From contig MU053482.1 in the NCBI GenBank assembly GCA_013239625.1, positions 4,787,775 through 4,851,774 of the forward strand: a DNA stretch of 64,000 nucleotides, in the 5' to 3' direction. The position numbers were made by a program, and so were the translations under genes. Numbering within the stretch: position 1 is the stretch's first letter; every line of letters starts with the position of its first letter. Origin of the DNA: Lama guanicoe (lineage: Eukaryota). The notes under the pieces were generated by a model, which saw only the letters and a list, made by a program, of their open reading frames with translations, made no database searches and was not told the DNA's origin. This document shows positions 39,470-52,675 of the stretch, piece after piece.

Positions 39470-40395
39470 TTTTTTTCCTTTATTTTCTTAGAGCATTTTT
39501 TGGTTCACAGCAAAATTGAGGGGAAGATATAGAGATTTCCCTTATACTCCCTGCCTCCACACATGCGTAAGCTCCCCTGTCAACATCCTGCACCAGAGTG
39601 GGTCATTATAACAGGGGATGACCCTCTGATGTGATGACACATCATAATCATCCAAAGTCCACAGTTTACCTTAGGGTTCACTCTTGGTGTTGTACATCTG
39701 GGCTTGGGTAAATGTATAATGTCACATGTCTTTTTACTGCCCTAAAAATCCTCTGTGCTCCAATTATTCATTCTACCTTTCACCCCAGCCTATCCTAATC
39801 TTTTTAACTGTCGTCATAGTTTTTTGATATTTCTTTTCCAGAATGCAATATAGTGGGAATCACACAGTATACAGCCTTTTCAGACTGGCTTCTTTCACTT
39901 GGAAATATGTGTTTAAGCTTCCTCCATGCCTTTTCATGGCTTGGTAGCTCACTTCTTTTTAGTGCTAAATAATATTCCATTGTCTGGATATACCACAGTT
40001 TATTTATCCATTGACCTAATGAAGGATATCCAGTTTTGCAGTTACGAATAAAGCTTCTATAAACATTCATGTACAGGTTTTGGGACGTAAGTTTTCAACT
40101 TCTTTGGGTAAATAACCAAGGAGCTTGATTGCTGGATTGTATGGTAAGAGTGTGTTTAGTTTTGTAAGAAATCACTAAACTGTCTTCTAAAGTGGCTGTA
40201 CCATTTTGTATTCCTACCAGCCCTGAATGAGAGTTCCTATTGCTCCACATCCTCACCAGCATTTGGTGGTGTCAGTGTTCTGAATTTTGGCCTTTCTAAT
40301 AGATGTGCAGTAGTATCTCCTTGTTGTTTTTATTTGCATTTTCCTGACGACATATGATGTGGAACCTCTTTTCATATGCTTGTTTTCCATCTCTT
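39470..40395 (-). mobile_element. L1MC1-like 3' fragment (ORF2 end plus 3'UTR)
   Basis: ttagagcattttttggttcacagcaaaattgaggggaagatatagagatttccc...; reverse ORF 39804-40070 (GQWINKLWYIQTMEYYLALKR) is the L1 ORF2 C-terminus. Confidence 0.88.
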
Positions 40396-40793
40396 AAGAG
40401 GTTTTTTAATCTTCAGGAATCTGTGAACTTGGATGGGATAAAAATCTTTATTTTCACTAACTTCTAACTGAAATGTAACATTTCCCCCAATCATGAATGT
40501 AGGCAGCAAACCTACGTTAGGCATGCCTGTGATCTGTCACCAGGAGAAGTCATAGATATTTTAATTTTTCCCTGCAGTTGTGGACATCTCAATCTCTGTT
40601 TACACTTACTACTATTTGGAAATTATGTAAGGTCTTAGACCCTCAGCTAGATCTTATCATTTAATATATTATTAGATATGTTCAATGTGTCGTTTTATTT
40701 TGTGCATTTAGAGAGATAATTCTGAGAAGGTTTCCACAAGCTTCACTCGGTTTCCAGAGTGACCCAGGGCATGGAAATGGTCAAGGACCCCTG
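40396..40793. mobile_element. hAT-Charlie family DNA transposon remnant
   Basis: Degenerate left TIR aagaggttttttaatct, right TIR ggtcaaggacccctg, and internal gaacttggatggga...tttattttcactaacttctaactgaaat. Confidence 0.7.
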
Positions 40794-42264
40794 ATCTGAT
40801 GTACCAGACCTGGAAACTAGGGGCCAAGAGCTGAGTGGGGCCTGCCTGTGTGCGGCAGCAGGGGTACTGGGAAGAGCCTGGCTGGGAGGGACCTAGGTCA
40901 GATCTCTGCTCCTCCCCTTACTCGTTTATGACCCTGGGTCAATTACTTTAGTTGTTTGAGTCCCAATTACCTCATTTGTAAAGCAGCAATACTAAAACAT
41001 ACCTTATTGGCTTTAACACACACATAAAGAATCATTTCTAGTGCATAGGAAGTCCTCAAAAATGTCAGTTCCCCTCTTTCTTCCTGCTCTGTTTCCTCTT
41101 GTGTGATATGAGGGATTTTAGTAGGAGTTCTCTCTAAGATCTTTCTTAAATTTGTTGTGTCTTTCTTGTAATCAAGGCCAGCCAGATAGTCCAGTGTTGC
41201 TGAGTTGGAGCTGGTGTCTTTGTGACCCATGGCTCCGAGGTCTCCTTTCCTGGAGCAGCCGGGAGAACCTGAGTCCTCAGACCTTGCCTGGTCCTTCCCC
41301 TGTCCACCTTGGCTTTCCCTGGCTCCCCTCCAGCCTGAGCTCATGGGCTGGGAACGCGTAGGCCGAGCTGCTCCCTCGAGTGCCTGTGAGAGGGCCTTCG
41401 GTGTAACATGTTCTGGGAGCATTCTCTGTGCTTGTGTCTGGGACAGCTGATAGCAGACCTGGGAAACCCATTAATCAGCATCCTTGGGGCGCAGCAGACC
41501 CACACCCACTCTCGCTGCTTCTCCATCTGTTGTTTCAAGCCGACTGCTCTTAGATGGAAAAAATGTAGCCTATTGTTTTCTTGGTGAGAAGGTGCTAAGG
41601 TGACCAAATTCTTCTTTGTGCAGGAAGTCAGGAGTATAGGGGGGAAGTGGCTCGATGCAATCACAGAACCATATCCTGCTCCTTTTTTTGGTTTTTGTTT
41701 TCTTAATTAAGCTCTGAATCAGAAAAGGCTTTATGGTCACCGGGCTTAGGTGATATGTGTTGTGGTTTTTGCTTTTTGGTTGCTTAACTCTCCTGGGCCC
41801 TGGAACCATGTTCTATTCCAACTCAATTTTCAGAGTAGGTGAAAATGTATGATGTGCCTGGCTGATCACTGCAATATTTGTTAAAATGATTGCTAGAGTC
41901 TCAGCTGATGGGCACCCATTTGGAGTACAGCGGGGGAGGACCACCGTCCACACTCTGTATGTCCTCTTCCCTGTTCCAGCCCAGCTTGGGGCCCCAACTC
42001 CAGCTCAGAGCCTGGAACTAACCACCTCTGCTTCTCATTGGCCTGCAAGAGAATTGAGTGTGACGGCGTTTTGGAGACTGAGCTGAGCCAGGAGGGGATG
42101 GTGTGTGTCTTGTCACTTAAATATCACCGGTAAGATGCTGGCTGGGGACTGCTGAGGTGAGAGGGACCTTCCTGCCCTCCCATGTGGGAGAGTTCGGGGC
42201 CCCAAGGGCTCCACTGAGATAGACTGCCCCCCAGGCTCTCACTTCTTCATGCCAAGAAGTGAAA

Positions 42265-42530
42265 CAGTGGTGTGGGTGTGGTGCCATTCCTAAGAGCAGG
42301 TTCTTTAGGGTCAGACCAACCTGGGTTTGCATCTCGCTGTTAGCTCTGTGACCTTCAGCATCTTGCTTAACATCTCTGTGCCTCCAATTCCTTAGCTGTA
42401 ATATGGGGATGATAACAGTACTCAGCTCCCAGGGTGATTGTGAGACGTGCGTAAATTAACACGTGTAAGCACTTAGAACAGTGCAGGATGCAGAGTAAGG
42501 TCATTGCCTTGGTCGTTGTTACTGATTGTC
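42265..42530 (+). mobile_element. MIR SINE
   Basis: gtcagaccaacctgggtttgcatc...tgtgaccttc...ctctgtgcctc...gtaagcacttagaacagtg. Confidence 0.8.
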
Positions 42531-44506
42531 AGTGTGAACGGGGTCTGAGCGGCGGGGGTCTTTATCCCTGGCTGCCTCCCTGCCCTGGTTGCTGCTCCTT
42601 GGTCACTTTTCCCCCAGTGGTTAAGTACGGGTGTCTATATCCTCCGCCACGGGCCTTAACCACTGGACTTACCTGCCCACGGAGGCTGCAGAGTTGGTGC
42701 TCCTCGGTGTCTCTGAAATTCCAGCCCCAAATTCCAGCCTGGGAGAGAGGTGAACCTGGGACAGTGCCAGCCTCCAGTCTGTCTGCAGGGCACCTAGCTC
42801 CTGAGTGTCCTGCCCTATTATCTGTCCCAGAGAATGTCTGATATTTGGGTTTTGTGATGAAATTGTCTGGCTGTCTGAGAGGTTTCACAAATAGATTCAG
42901 ACGTTGTAGGAAACCAAGCCTTTCCGTATTTTTACTGACATAAGAACAAGCTTGGAGGAATGACTTCAGGGATCCCTCTCTTCAGTCTGCTGGGGGAGGG
43001 GGTGAGGTGGAGTTTACTTTGGTGGTTAATAGCAACTGTGGTAACGAACCCACACCAGGCCCTGTAGTTTTTAGTTCTGCCGTCAGGCGTCAGGTGTGGG
43101 TGAGGTGACCTCCATCTCTCAGCCTCTAGGTGCTCAGAACCTCCCCAGTGAGCCGTGTATTCCTCAGTCTCTCTGCCTTAGGAATTTACAGAGCACTAGG
43201 CGAGAAAGCAAGGCTCGTGTGGCCTAGAAAGTTATCAAAAGGCTGAAGGCCCTGGAGGGCTCCTCACCTCCCTCTCCCAAGACAACTCCTGTTTGCACGA
43301 GGTGTTGGTGAAGGGCTCACAGCAATGGTTGGCTTCCATTCAACACATACATATATTTTGGGGCACAGTGGCCATGTTCCAGAGGCTGGAGATAAAGCAG
43401 TGAGCCCTCCATAAACGATCTCTGCTGGAATAAAAACCCTCACCATTATCTGTGCCGGAGGGAACAGTGAAGAGCTGTGCCTCGCTTTCCTGGTTCCAGA
43501 GCACTTTCCCACACTGAAGACCTTCCTCGCCTGCCTCCTTTCCTTTTGTTAAGTCTCGTCGGCTTCCCTCCGGTCCACATGACAGAGGCTGGCCATCTCT
43601 GAGCCTTCCCTGGCTATGCTGGACTCTGAGCCTCCTGACAGCTCTCTGCCATGTGCAGATGTCACAGGGACAGTTCCGCAGAGGAGCATCCCGGGCTGCA
43701 GGAGCACTGCCGCTCCCAAGGCTGGTTCTTCCTGTTCTCTGACTGCACGGCCATACTCAGCTCTCCCTAGGGAGGTAGCCAGGGCATCCAAGCCCTATAG
43801 TGTGTGAAAAGGGGAAGCTGTTGGACCTCTGGCAGCCTGGGGGAAACCAGGATGACACCCCTACACCCTAAACTGCTTCAAATTGAACCCCAACCTCTAC
43901 CTGCAGTCATATTTCCAAAATACCACCAAAGATGTGGAAATTCTGCACCTTTAACATATACCAAATGCCTCCCAGGCACATAGTAGGTGCTTAGCACAGG
44001 AGTCCTGGAGCTAGAACGTGAGCCCAGTCGCTCTGACTCAGGCCCTGGGTCCTGGCCCCGTCAGGGGTTTCCTTTCTTTACTTGGGAGGGAGGTGGAGGC
44101 CCCCTAGCCAGCTGCATGCAGGGGGAGGCTCTCCTTCATGGGATTAGCTGGGGCCTGCACTTTTGCTGGGAACTGTGGGAAGTAGCGAAGAGCTCTCCAG
44201 TGCTTACAAAGTGGATTTTGAAAAACAAACAAGACCTTGCCTACCCAGGGATGAAACAGAGGTTACATGTGTTTTCTTTTTCCTTTTTAGACGGGGGTAG
44301 AGGGGTGCTTAGCTGAATAACAGACTAGAAAGAACTCTGTAAGTAGGTCCATAAACTCATCTAGAGGACAATTGCTCTCTGTATGGAAAATACATTTATA
44401 ATAACTATCATTTGTAAAAATGTTTTATAATTTATAAAGCCCTCTTCACATGCATTGCATGTATGTATAAACACTGTACACAACCTTCCCCTTTAAGGTT
44501 ACTAAA

Positions 44507-44527
44507 TACACACACACACACACACAC
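44507..44527. repeat. (CA)n microsatellite
   Basis: tacacacacacacacacacac. Confidence 0.9.
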
Positions 44528-46022
44528 CCCCTTCATCCTGCCTGTTATGTAGTAGAAGGAACCCAGGTGGGCTTGTAGTCTCTGGGCCTCAGTTTACCAT
44601 CTGCAAAATGAGGATGGCAGCCCCAGCTGGGGGGATATGTCTTTTGCCGGCGTGGCGTCTCGTGGGAATACGGAGAATGGGAGCTGATTGGATCTGAGAG
44701 TGCTGTGCTGGGCAGTTCAGAGATACCTGGTGCAGGTGACGGGAACCCTCATCTCACCTCCCACCCCCGGGGCATCAGCTAAGGGAAGGTTCTCTTCTAG
44801 AGCTGCTGACTCAGAAGGTGGGGTTTGCCGGGCAGGAGAGGCTCAAGCCCCGGGGCCTGTGGGCAGCCAGGCTGTCCTCTTCTACCTGTTCTCAAGGTGA
44901 CCTGATGGGATCCCTGGTCCACCATCGTGCTAATTCTTATCAAGTGGAGCCTCTGAGGGGTGAGCAGTGTTTCTCCTCAGAGAACTAAGAGAGCAGTGAT
45001 GACCTATGCAGAACCAAGGCTGGGAGGGTGCAGGTGGATGGCATGTCCCCCACCTCTGCCCGAGGCTCCTGCTCCCCCTGCCTCCATCAGCTCTGCTGGC
45101 CCCCTTTGCTCTCCTCCCCAGGGAATCTCCCCTTGTCCCTTTGTTTGTCTTCCTCTGTCCTCTGCCTGCCCCGTTGATCTTCCTTTCTTTACCCCCATGG
45201 AGCTTTTTGCTTTTTAATTGTAAAGGGTTTTTTGTTTCTTGTTCCTTGTAGAAAATATTGAGTTAACTGATTTCATATTCAAGGAGGGACCATGTCTAAG
45301 GTTTATTTTTGAATTCTGTGATTCAGTGAAGTTTCTTCTCTTTAAATAATGAGTGGTGTGGTATGGTCCTTTGTTTCCATCTGTACAGTGGGGACAGGAA
45401 TGCTCCCCTCAGGGTAGCAGTAGCCTAATGAGTGAATAAATGAAGTCCAGACAGCAGCAAGCCCCCAGCTCTTCTGTTTGAATTACCCCAAAGACGTGTT
45501 GATCGTTACTGAGTGGTCCCAGATGAGGACCTTGGTTTCTCTGCATTTGACTCGAGACTGACTCAGATGCTGTGGTTTTTGAGAGCTTTGTTTCAGCGGT
45601 TACTTGGGCTGGAATCAGCCATGCGTCAGCAGCTGCTGGTAGAGGTGACTTGGCGTGTCCCGATTATGGATGAGTTGTCTGTATCTGTCTTACTCCTCTG
45701 GTGGCTGCCTCCCTGAAAGCCTCAGGAACTCCCATTGTCTGTGTGGGTGGGCTTCCCAGGGCCCACTCCCCTGGGCTCTCTCTGGTTTCCCCTCCACCTC
45801 TCTTTACCAGGTACCTGTCTGCACTTCCCACTTGCCCTATCCCATCCCATGAGGTAGGTGGGTGGCTGGTGAGTAGGGGCAGTTATCAGACGGGAAAGGA
45901 AAGCTTGAGCTGCCAGTATCCCCAGAAGTTGTCTGCTTCGCCCTCTGACTATTGTTCGGTGTTGCCTTCTGTTCCTCTGTCTCCACGGTTTATAAAAGTG
46001 GGTGAGTGAGCCCTGTCTTTAT

Positions 46023-46519
46023 CTGTGCTGTCCAATACGGGTGCCACTAGCCACAGGGCTCTTGTGGCAAGTCCAAATTGAGATGTGCTATAAGTGTAAA
46101 ATACACAGCTGATTTCAAAGACTTACTATGGAAAAAAGACTACATAATAGCTCATCAGTACTTTTTATATGGATTACATGTTGGAATGATAATATTTTGG
46201 ATAGATTGAACTAAATAAAATGTTAACATTAATTTTACCCATTTTTTTCTTTTTCAAAAAAATATGACTACTTGAAAATTTAAAATTACACATATGGCCC
46301 ACATTATATTTCCGTTGCAGTGGTTCTTAATCTGGTGGCAGTTTTTTCTCCCCAGGGACATTTGGTGATAGAGACATTTTTGATTATCATGCTCTGGGGA
46401 GGGGAGCGATACTACAGTGTAGTTGGGAGAGGCCAGGGATGCTGCCAAACATCCTGCAATTCACAAGACAGTACCCCAACCACGCAAAGCCGAGAAACCC
46501 AGTTCTATTGGACACTCTT
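46023..46519. mobile_element. MER33-like MITE, opposite orientation to the 34573 copy, interrupted by MER20
   Basis: Starts ctgtgctgtccaatacgggtgccactagccac; resumes after the insertion with ttctattggacact (terminal TIR remnant). Confidence 0.8.
46318..46502. mobile_element. MER20-like hAT MITE nested in MER33
   Basis: cagtggttcttaatc...ccccagggacatttgg...gaggccagggatgctgccaaacatcctgcaa...gagaaacccag with 8-bp TSD ttccgttg (46310-46317) / ttctattg (46503-46510). Confidence 0.85.
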
Positions 46520-46554
46520 ACTTGGGAAGATGTAGTCTTCTCTTATGGACAATG

Positions 46555-46785
46555 ACTCCAAAATCAGAGGCTCTAGGGCATAGCAGAAAGAGCATAAATG
46601 GCCAGAGTCAGATACCTGCAACCATGGGCAGGTTACTTAACATTTCAGAGCCTCCATTTCCTCATCTGTAAAATGGGCATCATAATACCTACATTATAGG
46701 TTTCTAGTTAGGATTAAATGAGATTGATATGTACCATACCTGACACATGGTAAACCACCACAGAATAGAAGTTACTATCATTGTT
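46555..46785 (+). mobile_element. MIR SINE
   Basis: gggcaggttacttaacatttcagagcctccatttcctcatctgtaaaatgggcatcataatacctac. Confidence 0.8.
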
Positions 46786-49215
46786 TTAAAAACCTGTGTC
46801 TTTTACTCTCTGGATCAACTATTAGGATTTCTACATGCCTTCTGGATTTCTCTATGATACCTGACACTAAACAACTTGAAAACTAAATTCGTAATTTCAC
46901 TCTTCTTCTTCCCTCCCACTCCCTAAATGTATTCTTCCTGACTTTCAATCTTAGCTCACAGTGGCACCACCCTCCCAGTCTTAGCATCTGAGTCAGTTTC
47001 ACTTCCTCCTTCTCCCCCTTCACCCGAGTTTATAATCTCTTAATCTCCACCACCCTCCTCTCCGTTCCTACCTAGCAGGACCTCTTCACCCAGCCTAATG
47101 GGTCCCTGCCTCTGCTCTTTCCCTTTCCCTCTGTGTGTGTGGTTGGTGAACTCCATTTTGCCCAGGAACCCTCAGTGGTGTTTTGTTTTCACTGAGGTGG
47201 GGGTACCTGTGGTCAGAAAATGCGGCATGTCCATCTCCTAATCCATTTCCCTGGTACCCAACATGATGCCTGGAAAAAAAAAAGTGTTCCTCGAGTCTTT
47301 TCTGAATGAATGAATGAACAAATGAATGATAGATATCCTTGTCTCCTTGCTTCATGGGTAGGATCAGATACTACAGGGAGCTAGGATGGTGGTTTCCAAA
47401 TGCCTTATTTTCCTTTTAATAGCTTAAGCCATGTCCTCACCTACCCAACTGCTGCCCTCTACCCCAACCCCCACCCAGGATTTAAGCTGGGGTAGCACTT
47501 TGTTCTACCTGGAGGGTTACAGCCATGATGTGATACACCTGGATCTTGGAAGTCACACCTTCCATATGTGGACTTCCTCAGCCAGCCTGAGGAATGATGC
47601 CACAGTCATGCTGCTGGTCCAGGCCTGCCTCCAGAGAGCAGGTACCCTCAGTGCCCAGGCATGCCTTCCTCTTGGTGGCAGAAAGAATTCCCAAGCAGCT
47701 CCCAGCAGGCTGTGAGGAGAGGCTTTCCAGAAACATGCCCTTAAAGATGCTCTGATAAAGAAAATATAACATGTTCTTTGGCGGGTTGTAGTCACGGGTG
47801 GGCAGGATGGTGTAACATTGGCGTCTCCCAATGTCTAGACACTGTGATCTATTCACAGTTCTGAAAACATTTTAATTACAAACCATTTTATAGTGTAAGG
47901 TGACCTGCTTGGAAGTTATCAGGAGCTTCTGAGTAAGTTTGCTCACCACTTTATGGCAGCTGCAAGCGGAGTCAAAACTACATTGCACTAGTCGGAAAGG
48001 TTTCTTGGGCCTGGAAGGGACTCACCTTTCTCCTATTATCTGTGAGGCCTTAAAGCTCCTTTGCTGGGGAAGGTTTCTAAACATAAATACTCTGAGTTTT
48101 GTCTTCTGAGATGGTGATCCAATCTGGATATGAGACTTTCCTATACAGCCGTCTTCTGTGGGATGGGTACCGAATGTGTATATCCCACCCCCAGGAGATG
48201 GATCAAGGTGCAATTAACCAAACGGATTTTCCCTTGGGAAGTGTCAAGATTTGATCTCACCTCTGGCTTTGTCACATCTGAAGTTGTTGCTTCTATCTGA
48301 GCCTTGCTATTTCAACGGTAAATAAGAGAAAAGCCCCATATATTATACATATTAGATAATAATATCTTCCCTTCACTTTGACAAGCCCAAAGGCACTACA
48401 CTGCCCATCAGCATTTCTAATCAGCCACAGACAATCTGTGTACATACTAATTTGATATAATTCCGGGTAAACTTAAGCAAGAGTGGTGGTTAATAGGTTG
48501 GGTCCCAGATTTGGGCAGGTCTGGGTTTGAAATTTAGCTTTACCTCTTACCAGATGCATGTCTTTGAGCAATGGGACCTTAACTTCAGTGTCCTCAACAG
48601 AAATGGGAAGATAAAATAGTTTCTATCTCTTAAATTATTTTCTGCCTTATTTAATAAGAACATATGTAAAGCCCCAAGACAATGTCTCAGTAAATAATGG
48701 CTATGACACTTAAGTCAGCCTCTGTGTGCATCCTGATTTGGGGTGAAGGCATGATCTGATTTTATGCATTTATTCACTTGGCAAATATTTCCTGGCACCT
48801 CCTATGAGGTTAGGGACTATTCTGGCCCCTGGGGGTACCGTGTGCGTAAGGGAGGCAGGGCCCCTGCTTTGGTGGAGCTTACATTCCAGAGGGAGAGACT
48901 CACAGTGAACCAGTTAATAAATAAAAAAAGCTTTAGGGTTGTGATAAGCACCGTGCAGAAAATAAAAAGGGAGATGCAATGGGAGTAGATGGGGTGGGGC
49001 AGGGGAGGTATCTCTGAGGAATGTGATGTTTTGAACTAAGACCTGAATGCTGAAAAGGAGCCTCAGCACAGGGATCTAGGGGAGGGCGTTCCAAACAGCA
49101 GGAGTGGCAAGGGGAACCCATCTGATAATGGCCACTGGGCTCCCATGAATATCTTCTGGGCCTCTTAAGGGGAAGGCATCATGGGGAAGGAAGTGTCAGA
49201 CAGGATACTATAAGC

Positions 49216-49283
49216 CAGTGGTTGGCAAAAACTCTAAAGTATTTACTGTGTGGCACTTTACAGAAGAAGTGCACTGACCCCTG
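49216..49283. mobile_element. Internally deleted MER58-like MITE (68 bp, both ends)
   Basis: cagtggttggcaaaac...aaagtatttactgtgtggcactttacagaagaagtgcactgacccctg resembles the MER58 termini; TSD not evident. Confidence 0.6.
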
Positions 49284-51604
49284 ACCTAATGTCCCTTTCA
49301 AGTTAGATAGTGCACGGGCCTATGAGCTCAAGGGGCAGAGGACAACTCGCTGGTGCAGGGGACCTTCTGGATGCCCAGGCTGCACTTAGGGTTCATCCAT
49401 CTCCTGAAGATGCCCTCATAAGGGCAGTATGTCCACCCCAAGGAATGCTAGCTGTGCCCCACCTCTGAACTGGTGGGATCACAGCATCCATATCCCCAGA
49501 TGGACTGGACTACAGCTCTTAGAGATCCAAATGCTGATTTCATTTCTGGGATTCCTCCTCAGGAAGAAGGGAGGGTGGAGAGGGGCTGTCAGTCATCACT
49601 ACTGTTTATTGACTGCTTATCCGGTGCTAGACTAGGCTCTTTCGTGACCAATTCTGCAGTTTACTAACTCCATCCCCATAACAACCCTAGCTGGTAGGAA
49701 CTACCCTTATACCTGTTTATGGCTGAGCAAACTGAGGTCAAGAGAAATGAGTGTAATAAGCTTCTGTGCTCAAAGCCACACATCTGGTTAGTGGCCTGCC
49801 TGCTTCAGGACCTGTCCCTTGCTTAGCCACTGTATGCGCTGTTTCTCGAGGGCATTTGACTGAGGGCTGATGAGACTTTACCTGTTTGCATGCCTGAGCT
49901 AAGCTATGCTTAGGTCCCTAAGCTCTATTCATTCAGCACCTCCCTATGGGGCTAGAGACCCAGTAAAAGGAGAATATGAAGGAGGCCAGTGCATCCTTAC
50001 AGTATATGCTTAGGTGTATTCCTACCTGCCACCTCCTTCTTTGGGAATTCTCCGGGGCTCTGGGGGGGCAGTTGCTGGTCCAGACGTGGCTGTGGAGTGG
50101 CAAGGACGGCCTTTGCCCCTTGGGCTTTCAGCCCAGCTCTGGGCTGGCTGCAGAAACAGCTGCTGGGCTCAGGTAAATAGTCTCTTCTTTGCTGACCTCA
50201 GAGCAATAGGAGTCGGTGAACGTGCAAGGAACGCCTGGCCTCTTCTCATCCAGATCCATTACCAGGCCCACAGTGGCCTTTCTGCAGAGGCCAGCCTGGG
50301 ACAAGGCTGCTGCCCACGGGTAAGGTCAGCCTTGCCCATGGCCATGAGTCTTCATAGGGTAAGGGGGAGCCACTGGAGGAGTCTCACAAGGGAGAGAAAA
50401 GGGGCCAGAAAGGGAAAATGGGCTCTAACACTTGGGAGAAAGGTGACAGTTTGGGCTATGCCAAAGAAAAAGCCAGACGCCAGAGTCATAAGGATCTAGT
50501 AGTGACCCTTGGCTCTGCCTTAACTGCCATGTGATTTTAGGCAAATGTAACATGGCAGATATGAGTTTATGCTCTGGAGCTAGAAGCCTGGGTCTCTATG
50601 CAAGTTCCTCCTTCCTAACTGTGATGTGACCTTGGACTCTCCACTTAACCCTATTCTGTGCCTTAGTTTCCTAACCTTGCGTTGCTGTGAAGTTTGAATG
50701 AGTTGACACATCTGAAGCACTTAGATCAGTGCCTGCCACAGACTTAGACCTCCACAAATGCCAGCTCTGTTAAGTCAAGTAACCTCTAAGTCTCCATTTC
50801 TCAACCGTCTACTGGGAAAAGCAATGCCACTTTCACAGTGGAAATGAGTTGGTTCACTTAAAGCATCTGCTGCAGGCCTGGCCTATGTAAGACACTCAGT
50901 AGATGCTTCTCCAGACCTCAAGTGGCCCCCAGTCTTGGCACCCACTGAGTGGAAGTGTTTGTCGTCGGGCAGGTTGACAGCTGCTGGTCGCAGGCCTGGC
51001 TGGGTTCTCTGGGCTGGGAAAATGTAGGTGGGTGCACAGCCTGTGTTGTGCCTTTCTCATTGGATTAAGTTACCCCTGATGTTCGCCCCTTCCAGAAGTC
51101 ACAGTCCTGGGTGGGAAGGGGCAACCTGCTGTAGTTTTCCTCCTGGATCCTGCCACTACCTGCTGCTCTCACAGCCCCAACCCAGACTGGCCCCCAAGGG
51201 TGCTGGTCCACCCAAGGCCTGCTGAGTACTTTCATCTCTTTTTTCTAATCATCACTGAGCACTTAATCTGGGCCAGTCTAGTTGCTTGGGGTACAAAGGC
51301 AAGCCAGGCCTGCCTTTTTACTTTTGAGGAGGTCACAGGAGGTCAGATAGACAGACTTGAAAAAGAACGAAAATTCACAGAGAAGTGGAGCAATGGAAGG
51401 CTGTGGGGATTCCCTCTCCCTGACTACCTGCAATGGTCTCTGTGACACTGTGGCTAAAGGCATGGTCCCTGGAGCCAGGCACCTGGATTTGAATCCTGGC
51501 TCCGCCTCTTGAAAGTTAAGGCTGTGAAATTGGCAGGATGAGTGTGGGTTGCTGTGAATAAAGGATTATGAGTGCTGGCTATTACCATTGTTATGTATAA
51601 AAGC

Positions 51605-52675
51605 AAAAGCTTACTAAGCAACTAAAAAGAAAGAGAGAAAAGTGATAAACATGAACCTGCGTATCTATTTCTGGAGGCTGGAGTGTTTGTGTATCTTAGC
51701 TCTACTTTTTACCCACATATGGATAACTAGCCTAACGTTTTTAGCTTTGAATACATCTAGACTCAGCCCATCTCAGAAGGCTCTTTCCCCTCTTCCTCCT
51801 AAAGGAATGTGAGATTCCTCCACACCCTTTTTTGGGGCCTTGGAAGGGCCTGTAGCTTCTGCTTTCCCAAAGGGAGAAAGGAAGGCAAGGTAGCTGGCTG
51901 ATTGGCCCCAAGCCCACCCCCTGGACTAGAAGCTCCTTGCTGATAACTGTGTGCACTAATGTGCACTAAGATGCCAGCACGAGTCCAGGGACAACAACTT
52001 ACTAGGTCAACTGAATAAAGACCACTGATGGGGAGAAAACCAATGCTATGAGAAGCAACATGTATTGTAAATTGTTACATCAAGTGGTATTTTTAGATGG
52101 GCACATTTTTGTGTGTAAATTTTACCTGAAAAAAAAACTTGAATAAATATTGAACTCTAATTAATTTAATATGTATCCTGAAGTATTTGGGAAGAAATGT
52201 ACAGATTCACCAAAAAATAAGACGCATTGATGAATGGGTAGAGAGGTGGATGGATGAATAGGTGAGATAAAGCAAGGAGAGTAAAATCTAATCATGGACT
52301 CTAGGTGGTGGGTATTTAGGTGTTCACTAAAATTCTTTCAACTTTTCTGTACATTTGAAAATGTATAGTGAAATGTTGTGAAAATTACTGCAAAGTTACT
52401 AGATTGAAAGCAAGAAAAAAGAAGCCCATAATGGAAGAATATGCAATTAGATGCTGGAAATATTTACAAACATTTAAAATGTTGGAAAGGTGGATGTTAA
52501 TATGAAGAAAGCTAGAACTAGTTCTGTGTATTTTCTGCAATATATTACTTTTCTTGGTATTAGAAAAATAGCCATATATGCATAAAAGCTTACTAAGCAA
52601 CTAAAAAGAAAGAGAGAATGTGATAAACATGAACATGTATCTATTTCTGGAGGCTAAAGTGTTTGTGTATCTTAG
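51605..52675 (+). repeat. ~95-bp dispersed direct repeat (copies 51605-51699 and 52584-52675)
   Basis: aaaagcttactaagcaactaaaaagaaagagagaa..gtgataaacatgaac...gtatctatttctggaggct..agtgtttgtgtatcttag present twice. Confidence 0.95.
52060..52385 (+). mobile_element. Ancient L1M(D/E) 3'UTR fragment
   Basis: aaatattgaactcta...ctgaagtattt...gataaagcaag...ctaggtggtgggtatttaggtgttcactaaaattctttcaacttttctgtacatttgaaaat. Confidence 0.75.

Noticed and set aside
39804..40070. 88-aa reverse-strand ORF as a gene
   Set aside because: Decayed L1 ORF2 C-terminus inside an L1MC fragment.
51951..51970. Short tandem duplications (gtgcactaa x2; agcagaagg x~3 near 58192)
   Set aside because: Ordinary slippage products with no sign of function.
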